Shown: positions 57,985 to 64,000 of the stretch, piece after piece
How positions within the stretch are numbered: the stretch's first letter is position 1
How the letters are laid out: each line of letters starts with the position of its first letter
Assembly (NCBI GenBank): GCA_963719225.1
Contig: CAVRAY010000001.1
Coordinates: 64,001-128,000, forward strand
Direction: 5' to 3'
Origin: Thermoanaerobaculia bacterium
GTDB taxonomy: Bacteria > Acidobacteriota > Thermoanaerobaculia > UBA5066
Length of the DNA: 64,000 nucleotides
Made by a program: the position numbers and the translations under genes
Notes under the pieces: model-generated
Database searches by the model: none
What the model saw: the letters and a program-made list of their open reading frames with translations, nothing else
What the model was told of the DNA's origin: nothing

Positions 57985-59541
57985 ATGCCGAGGAGCCGTC
58001 CCGATCCGCCCGGAAATCTGCGCGAGCTCCCGGCCCTCCTGGAGCTCTCGCAGATGCTCGGATCCGCGCGGGGCTTCCGTGCCGCGCTGGACGGTGCTCT
58101 CGCCATTCTGCGCGAGAGCTACGGGGGAAGCGTCGTCACCGCCGCGCTCGTCGACGAGGCGACCGGCGAGCTGAAGCTCGAAGCCTCCGCGGGACTTCCC
58201 GCCGGACGGCGGCACCTGCCGAAGCTCCGCCCGGGCGAGGGGGTGACGGGCCGCGTCGTGGCGAGCGGAAAGGCGATCGTCGTTCCGCAGGTGACGCGCG
58301 AGCCGCTTCTCAGGATGCCTAACGAGGTTCTTCCCGCCTCGGCCGCAGCACGGCGCGAGCTGAGCTTCGTGTCCGTTCCCCTCGTCGTGGAAGGCTGGAC
58401 GGTCGGCGCGCTGGGGCTCGCGCTGCCCTACGAACCGGAACGCGACTTCGCGCGGACCACGTCGTTTCTCAAGGTCGTGTCCTCGCTTCTCGGACAGGCG
58501 ATGCACGTGGATCGGCTCATCGAAGGGGAGCGCGAACACCTTCTCGACGAGAACCTCAAGCTCAAGCGCGAGCTGAAAGGCCGATACGACCTCAAGAACA
58601 TCGTCGGCCACAGCCGCCCGATGGAGGAGCTCTACGAGCAGGTCGTCCAGGCGGCCCCGCGCGATACGACCGTCCTCATCCGCGGCGAGTCGGGAAGCGG
58701 CAAGGAGCTCGTCGCGCACGCTCTCCACTACAACTCCCCGCGCGCGGGCAAACCGTTCGTGAGGGTCAGCTGTGCCGCTCTTCCGGAAAGCCTGATCGAG
58801 TCGGAACTGTTCGGCTACGAGCCGGGCGCCTTCACGGACGCGCGGATCCAGAAGAAAGGGCGCTTCGAGCTCGCCGACAAGGGGACGCTCTTCCTGGACG
58901 AGGTGGGAGACCTTTCCGCCGCGACGCAGGTGAAGCTCCTGCGCGTCCTGCAGGAGCGGGAGTTCGAGAGGCTCGGCGGCACGCATCCGGTTTCCGTCGA
59001 CATCCGCCTCGTGGCTGCGACGAACCGCGACCTCGAAGCCGCGATGTCCAAGGGAAAATTCCGCGAGGACCTCTTCTACCGCCTCAACGTGTTCACGATC
59101 TTCCTGCCGCCCCTGCGCGACCGGCGCCCGGACATCCCGCTTCTCGCGGACCACTTCGTCGAGAAGTACGCGACACGGCACCGCAAGGACGTGAGGCGCA
59201 TCTCGACGCCGGCGATCGACGTCCTCATGAGCTATCACTGGCCGGGGAACGTCCGTGAGCTGGAGAACTGCATCGAGCGGGCCGTCCTCGTGTGTGACGG
59301 CGGCGTCCTCCACGCCCATCACCTCCCCCCGACGCTGCAGACCGCCGAGGTTTCCGGAACGCTCCCGCGCCAGTCGCTCGGGGCGGCGGTCGAGGCGTAC
59401 GAGAAGGACCTGCTCCTCGACAGCCTGAAGATCGCGCGCGGAAACCGGGCGAAGGCGGCGCGCCTTCTGCAGACGACCGAGCGCATCTTCGGCTACCGCC
59501 TCAAGCGGTACGGGATCGAGGCGGACCGCTTCCGGCCCTGA
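57985..59541 (+). CDS. NifA-like GAF-AAA+-Fis sigma54 activator
   Basis: GAF (GEGVTGRV), GESGSGKE, ESELFG, GAFTDA, FLDEVG, WPGNVRELEN, GNRAKAARLL. Confidence 0.92.
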   Translation: MPRSRPDPPGNLRELPALLELSQMLGSARGFRAALDGALAILRESYGGSVVTAALVDEATGELKLEASAGLPAGRRHLPKLRPGEGVTGRVVASGKAIVVPQVTREPLLRMPNEVLPASAAARRELSFVSVPLVVEGWTVGALGLALPYEPERDFARTTSFLKVVSSLLGQAMHVDRLIEGEREHLLDENLKLKRELKGRYDLKNIVGHSRPMEELYEQVVQAAPRDTTVLIRGESGSGKELVAHALHYNSPRAGKPFVRVSCAALPESLIESELFGYEPGAFTDARIQKKGRFELADKGTLFLDEVGDLSAATQVKLLRVLQEREFERLGGTHPVSVDIRLVAATNRDLEAAMSKGKFREDLFYRLNVFTIFLPPLRDRRPDIPLLADHFVEKYATRHRKDVRRISTPAIDVLMSYHWPGNVRELENCIERAVLVCDGGVLHAHHLPPTLQTAEVSGTLPRQSLGAAVEAYEKDLLLDSLKIARGNRAKAARLLQTTERIFGYRLKRYGIEADRFRP

Positions 59542-59547
59542 GAGTTC

Positions 59548-61215
59548 CTACGCGAGCTTCTGGTAGAAGTCGTTTCCCTTGTCGTCCACGAGGATGAACG
59601 CGGGGAAGTCGACGACGTCGATCGCCCACACCGCTTCCATTCCGAGCTCCGGAAACTCCACGACTTCCACCTTCTTGATGTTCTCGTCGGCCAGGAGCGC
59701 GGCCGGGCCGCCCGGCGAGCCGAGGTAGAAGCCGCCGTGCTTCTTGCACGCCTCGGTCACCTTCGGGCTGCGGTTGCCCTTCGCGATCATGACCATCGAG
59801 CCGCCCTTCGACTGGAAGAGATCGACGTACGAGTCCATGCGGCCGGCGGTCGTCGGCCCGAAGGAGCCCGACGCCTTCCCCTTCGGTTTCTTCGCGGGGC
59901 CGGCGTAATAGACCGGATGGTCCTTGAAGTACTGCGGCAGATCGGCGCCGGAGTCGAGGCGCTCCTTGAGCTTCGCGTGCGCGATATCGCGCGCGACGAC
60001 GAGCCTCCCCGTGAGAGCGAGCGGCGTCGAGACGGGATGCTTCGAGAGCTCGGCGAGGATCTCCGGCATCGGCTTGTTCAGGTCGACCCTCACGAGGCCC
60101 GCGTGCTCCTTTGCTTCCGTGCGAACGGGAAGGAGCGCTTCGGGGTGGCGCTCGAGCTCCTCGAGCCAGAGGCCGTTCTCGTCGATCTTCGCGAGAACGT
60201 TGCGGTCGGCCGAGCACGAGACGCCCATACCCACGGGGCAGGATGCGCCGTGCCGCGGCAGTCGGATGACCCGGATGTCGTGCGCGAAGTACTTGCCGCC
60301 GAACTGCGCCCCGAAGCCGAGCTTCTGCGCCTTCTCGAGCAGCCTTTTCTCCAGCCCCGGGTCGCGGAACGCGCGGCCGGAGGCATCGCCCGTCGTCGGC
60401 AGCGAGTCGTAATACCCGGTGGATGCGAGCTTCACCGTCTTCATGCAGGCTTCCGCCGACGTACCGCCGACGACGATCGCGATGTGGTACGGAGGGCACG
60501 CCGCCGTGCCGAGGCTCTTCATCTTCTCGACGAGGAACGCTTCGAGGCTGGCGGGGTTCAAGAGCGCCTTCGTCTCCTGGAAGAGCGCGCTCTTGTTCGC
60601 CGAGCCGCCGCCCTTCGCGACGAAGAGGAGCTTGTATTCCATGCCCGGCGTCGCGAAGATGTCGATCTGCGCGGGCAGGTTGTTGCCCGTGTTGACCTCG
60701 TCGTACATCGTGAGCGCGGCCGTCTGCGAATAGCGGAGGTTCTCCTCGGTGTAGGTCTTCCAGATGCCTTTCGAGATGAGGGCGGCGTCGTCCGCTCCCG
60801 TCCAGACCTGCTGGCCCTTCCAGCCCACGACCGTCGCCGTGCCCGTGTCCTGGCAGAACGGCAGCTCGAACTTCGCCGAGACCGCCGCGTTGCGCAGCAG
60901 CGTCGTCGCCATGAAGCGGTCGTTCGGAGAGGCCTCGGGGTCCTTCAGGATGGACGCGACCTGCTGCTGGTGCTTCGGCCGCAGAAGGAACGACACGTCG
61001 CGCATCGCTTCGTACGCGAGGAGCGAGAGCGCGCTCGGGTCCACGACGAGGACCGGCTTGCCGCCGAACCTGCCCTTCTTGACGAATTTCTTCGAGACGA
61101 GCCGGTACGACGTCGTGTCCTCACCCCTCTGGAAGGGCTTCGAATAGGCGAAGTCGCTCTTCGCGGATGCCTTCTTCGGACTTTGTTTCTTCGCGAGCTG
61201 CTTCTTCGCCGGCAT
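59548..61215 (-). CDS. fumA: Class I (Fe-S) fumarate hydratase
   Basis: [36 protein letters not shown]. Confidence 0.95.
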   Translation of the reverse strand: MPAKKQLAKKQSPKKASAKSDFAYSKPFQRGEDTTSYRLVSKKFVKKGRFGGKPVLVVDPSALSLLAYEAMRDVSFLLRPKHQQQVASILKDPEASPNDRFMATTLLRNAAVSAKFELPFCQDTGTATVVGWKGQQVWTGADDAALISKGIWKTYTEENLRYSQTAALTMYDEVNTGNNLPAQIDIFATPGMEYKLLFVAKGGGSANKSALFQETKALLNPASLEAFLVEKMKSLGTAACPPYHIAIVVGGTSAEACMKTVKLASTGYYDSLPTTGDASGRAFRDPGLEKRLLEKAQKLGFGAQFGGKYFAHDIRVIRLPRHGASCPVGMGVSCSADRNVLAKIDENGLWLEELERHPEALLPVRTEAKEHAGLVRVDLNKPMPEILAELSKHPVSTPLALTGRLVVARDIAHAKLKERLDSGADLPQYFKDHPVYYAGPAKKPKGKASGSFGPTTAGRMDSYVDLFQSKGGSMVMIAKGNRSPKVTEACKKHGGFYLGSPGGPAALLADENIKKVEVVEFPELGMEAVWAIDVVDFPAFILVDDKGNDFYQKLA

Positions 61216-61318
61216 GGGAGTTTCCTCCATTGAGGAAATTACCCGACGCCGGGCGCGCCGACTCTGATGCGGATGAACCATCGGCGCTCCAGCGGTTGGC
61301 AAATCTTCAAGGCGAAAT

Positions 61319-61334
61319 GGGCACGGCATGTGCT
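61319..61334 (+). promoter_or_regulatory. sigma54 promoter
   Basis: GGGCACGGCATGTGCT (GG-N10-GC) upstream of GGAGG SD and ATG 61356. Confidence 0.55.
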
Positions 61335-61355
61335 GCCTTCTTCGTGGAGGGCGAA

Positions 61356-61799
61356 ATGTCTACAACCACCATCGAAAACAAGATCGCCGAAAAGGAGCTG
61401 CTGGACCTCGAGAATCGCTACTGGCGCGCGATCAAGGAAAAGGACGTGGATGCGGCGCTCAGGCTCACGGAATTCCCGTGCCTCGTCGCCGGCGCGTCGG
61501 GCGTCGGGCTCATCGACAGAGAGAAGTACGTGAAAATGATGACGGGCGCCAAATACACGCTTCACGACTTCGAGGTGAAGAAAGCGGAAGTGAAGCTTTT
61601 CTCGGACGACGTCGCGGGCGTGGCGTACGAGGTCCACGAGGATCTGACCGTGGACGACAAGAAGGTGAGCATGGACGCGACCGACACGTCCGTCTGGGTG
61701 CGGCGGAACGGCCGCTGGCTCTGCGCGATGCACACGGAATCGCTCAAGGGCGATCCCTACGGGCGGGACCGGAAGCAAGCGGCGCCCGCGACGACCTAG
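61356..61799 (+). CDS. NTF2-like (DUF4440) protein
   Basis: [14 protein letters not shown]; [20 protein letters not shown]. Confidence 0.8.
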   Translation: MSTTTIENKIAEKELLDLENRYWRAIKEKDVDAALRLTEFPCLVAGASGVGLIDREKYVKMMTGAKYTLHDFEVKKAEVKLFSDDVAGVAYEVHEDLTVDDKKVSMDATDTSVWVRRNGRWLCAMHTESLKGDPYGRDRKQAAPATT

Positions 61800-61892
61800 G
61801 CCAGCGTTTCGGACGCGCGTCGGGAAAAAGGGTCGCGAAGAACCAGCACGTCACGGGAACCACTGGTACTGCCACTGCGTAAAGTGGAGTAG

Positions 61893-62963
61893 ATGCGTGG
61901 AGGTCCTGCGCTCGCCCTTTCCGCCGCTCTCGCCGTGCTTGGCCCTTCCGCCGTTGCGGGGGAGCCGGCGGCTGACTCTGAGCGAATCCAGCTCGAGGTC
62001 GACACGAGCGAGGCGGAAGCTGTCCTCGCGGCCGTGAGCGCGACGACGAAGGCCGGTGGGCCCGCCTGGGAGAGGATATTTTCCAGCACACCGTACCAGC
62101 GCCTGAAGAAACGCGAGGCGTCGCTCCACCGGGAGTTCACCGACGACGACTTCAAGAAGTTCGTCCTTTCCGGCGATCTGGCCCGGCGGGCGCCGGAGCT
62201 GCGGCGCACGTTGGACGCCTGGGCCAGGGAGGACCTCGTGGCGGCGGCCCGACGCGTCCTTCCCTATCTTCCGGATGAAGCGGTCATCGACGCCCGCGTG
62301 TATCTCATGATCAAGCCGCAGAAGAACAGCTTCGTCTTCGAGGTCTCGACCGACCCGGCGATCTTTCTCTACCTCGACCCTGAAGTGACGCCGGCGAAGT
62401 TCGCGAACACGGTCGCGCACGAGCTGCACCACATCGGCTACTCGAGCGTGAAGCCCGCGAAGAGCGGCCTGGAGAATCTTTCGCCCGCTGCCCGCACGGC
62501 CGTGGAATGGATGGGCGCGTTCGGCGAAGGCTTCGCGATGCTCGCGGCCGCCGGGTCGCCCGACGTGCATCCTCACGCCGTGAGCCCGAAGAAGGAACGG
62601 GCCCGCTGGGATCGCGACATGGCGAATTTCGACAGGGACCTGAAGAGCCTCGAGACTTTCTTCCTCGACGTCATCGACGGCCGGCTGAAGGCCGAGGCCG
62701 AGATCAACGAGCGGGGACTCTTGTTCTTCGGGACCCAGGGTCCCTGGTACACAGTGGGCTACCGGATGGCGGTCCTCGTCGAGAAGAGCGAGGGCCGCAG
62801 GAAGCTGATTGCATGCATGTCCGATCCGCGCCGGCTCCTGGCCACGTACAACCGGGTCGCGGCGGAGCTGAACAAGAAGGGCAACCCGCCGCTCGCGCTC
62901 TGGTCGGGCGAGCTTCTCACCCGGATCGGAGCCGTGGTCGTTTCCGGAAAGGCATCTCCCTGA
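61893..62963 (+). CDS. Secreted putative Zn-dependent protease (DUF5700-like)
   Basis: Signal peptide, AHELHH, GEGFAM, WYTVGY. Confidence 0.72.
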   Translation: MRGGPALALSAALAVLGPSAVAGEPAADSERIQLEVDTSEAEAVLAAVSATTKAGGPAWERIFSSTPYQRLKKREASLHREFTDDDFKKFVLSGDLARRAPELRRTLDAWAREDLVAAARRVLPYLPDEAVIDARVYLMIKPQKNSFVFEVSTDPAIFLYLDPEVTPAKFANTVAHELHHIGYSSVKPAKSGLENLSPAARTAVEWMGAFGEGFAMLAAAGSPDVHPHAVSPKKERARWDRDMANFDRDLKSLETFFLDVIDGRLKAEAEINERGLLFFGTQGPWYTVGYRMAVLVEKSEGRRKLIACMSDPRRLLATYNRVAAELNKKGNPPLALWSGELLTRIGAVVVSGKASP

Positions 62964-62979
62964 CTCTCGGTCCTCGCCG

Positions 62980-64000
62980 TCACCGCTCTTCGCGCGGGAA
63001 GTCCACCGGCTGCTCGACGGCCCAGGCGATCGCCCTGGGGATGGCGTCGGCGGCGAGGCCTTTCCAGTAGACGACCCAGTCCGGCACCCGGACGAGGCCG
63101 TCGCAGAGCTTCACGTACCACTCGCTGATCGGATTCGTCCGCCGCGCGCGCCAGAACACGACGGGCGTGTCGGCGGCGAGCGCCTCCCAGAGGTCGCGGG
63201 CGATGCCTTCCCCCTGCGCCTCGGGTGAGACCGCGAACTTCGTGAGGTACGGGCCGAGCGGCGTATGAACGAGGATCGCGCAGCCCCGGTAGTTTTCCTC
63301 GAGGTAGACACGCCACGGTTCCCTCGCGAAGAAAGCCTCGCTCGCGGCGCGCCCGAAGCTCGACGTCAGGAGTTCGCGCAGGCGCGCCATGTCCACGCCG
63401 TCCCAGCCTTGCCGGCGGACGATGCGGGCTCCGCGCCGGAGGAGCGTGCCGGCCCCTTTGACCGTGAAGAGCTCGCGAAGAACGTTGAGAGGCGACGTGA
63501 TCGCGACCGTGAAGGGCAAGGGCGCCGCCGCCTCGCAGAACCGCCGCGCGTGCTCGAGGATGAGCGCCTCCTTGTGCGAGATCTCGCGGCTCGCGGTGAG
63601 CGCGGGGACATCGGTCGTCAGGTTCACGAGCGGGACGAGGACCCCGCCCTGGCGCAGGCCGCCGGGGCGGTGGAGGAAGAGGAGCTTCCTCGTCTGGAGC
63701 TCGCGGAGCAGGACGCCGAGCCGCGTGAGCCGGTCGCCGGGCTGCTCGCCCGCGGACGGCTCGAAGACGATGACCGGCACCCGCCCGGCCGCGGCGGCGG
63801 CCACGAGGCGCGCGGCGAGCCCGGGCGTTGCCGCCGGCAGCTCTTCGAGGCCCACGCCCTCCGCCTCGAGGTGGCGGGCGAGGACGCGGGCGTGCCCCGC
63901 CGCGTCGCCGGGCTGGAAGATCCCGAGGACGACGGTCGGGAAGAGGTCGAGGGCGGCGAGGAACCGGAGGTCCTGGACGACCGCGTCGGCCGCGCCGGCC
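62980..64000 (-). CDS. Acetylglutamate kinase-like / DUF619 NAT-domain protein (5' end off window)
   Basis: ELFTVKGAGTL, YLTKFAV, QGEG, FWRAR..NPISEWY. Confidence 0.75.
   Translation of the reverse strand, partial: AGAADAVVQDLRFLAALDLFPTVVLGIFQPGDAAGHARVLARHLEAEGVGLEELPAATPGLAARLVAAAAAGRVPVIVFEPSAGEQPGDRLTRLGVLLRELQTRKLLFLHRPGGLRQGGVLVPLVNLTTDVPALTASREISHKEALILEHARRFCEAAAPLPFTVAITSPLNVLRELFTVKGAGTLLRRGARIVRRQGWDGVDMARLRELLTSSFGRAASEAFFAREPWRVYLEENYRGCAILVHTPLGPYLTKFAVSPEAQGEGIARDLWEALAADTPVVFWRARRTNPISEWYVKLCDGLVRVPDWVVYWKGLAADAIPRAIAWAVEQPVDFPREER

Noticed and set aside
57985-59541. Nitrogen fixation inferred from the NifA-like gene
   Set aside because: No nif structural genes in the window; context is ammonium uptake

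Overview
High-GC bacterial chromosomal window. Gene content and style suggest an Acidobacteriota (Thermoanaerobaculia-like) genome; this is an inference. The housekeeping backbone comprises rng-rodA-mrdA-mreDCB, a PpiD/SurA-type PPIase, ruvAB, nadCB, a DEAD-box helicase, class I fumarase and an ArgB/NAT-type gene. It is interspersed with accessory genes: tandem S46 dipeptidyl peptidases, two VapBC-type TA pairs, a ydjI/ydjG-like pair, a cNMP-kinase with a receiver-TrxB partner, a low-GC glycoside hydrolase, and an OPT transporter with a zincin-like partner. The main feature is an ~8.3 kb integrase-less tandem island at tRNA-fMet (intact gene 52165-52241, displaced 3' copies at 46986-47011 and 43786-43831). 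It has two toxic-ion modules. One is a fluoride-riboswitch-led operon encoding an intact dynamin-like GTPase and an intact enolase around decayed DUF190 and antiporter/MFS genes, with no crcB. The other is an arsR-arsP-trx-arsF-arsG organoarsenical cluster. Next to the tRNA lies a BCP peroxiredoxin with an in-frame UGA at the catalytic position and a SECIS-like hairpin (probable selenoprotein). Further on is an amtB-glnK-porin-NifA-like module with a sigma54 promoter and paired ACA-N4-TGT sites. All calls come from reading motifs by eye; no database search was run.
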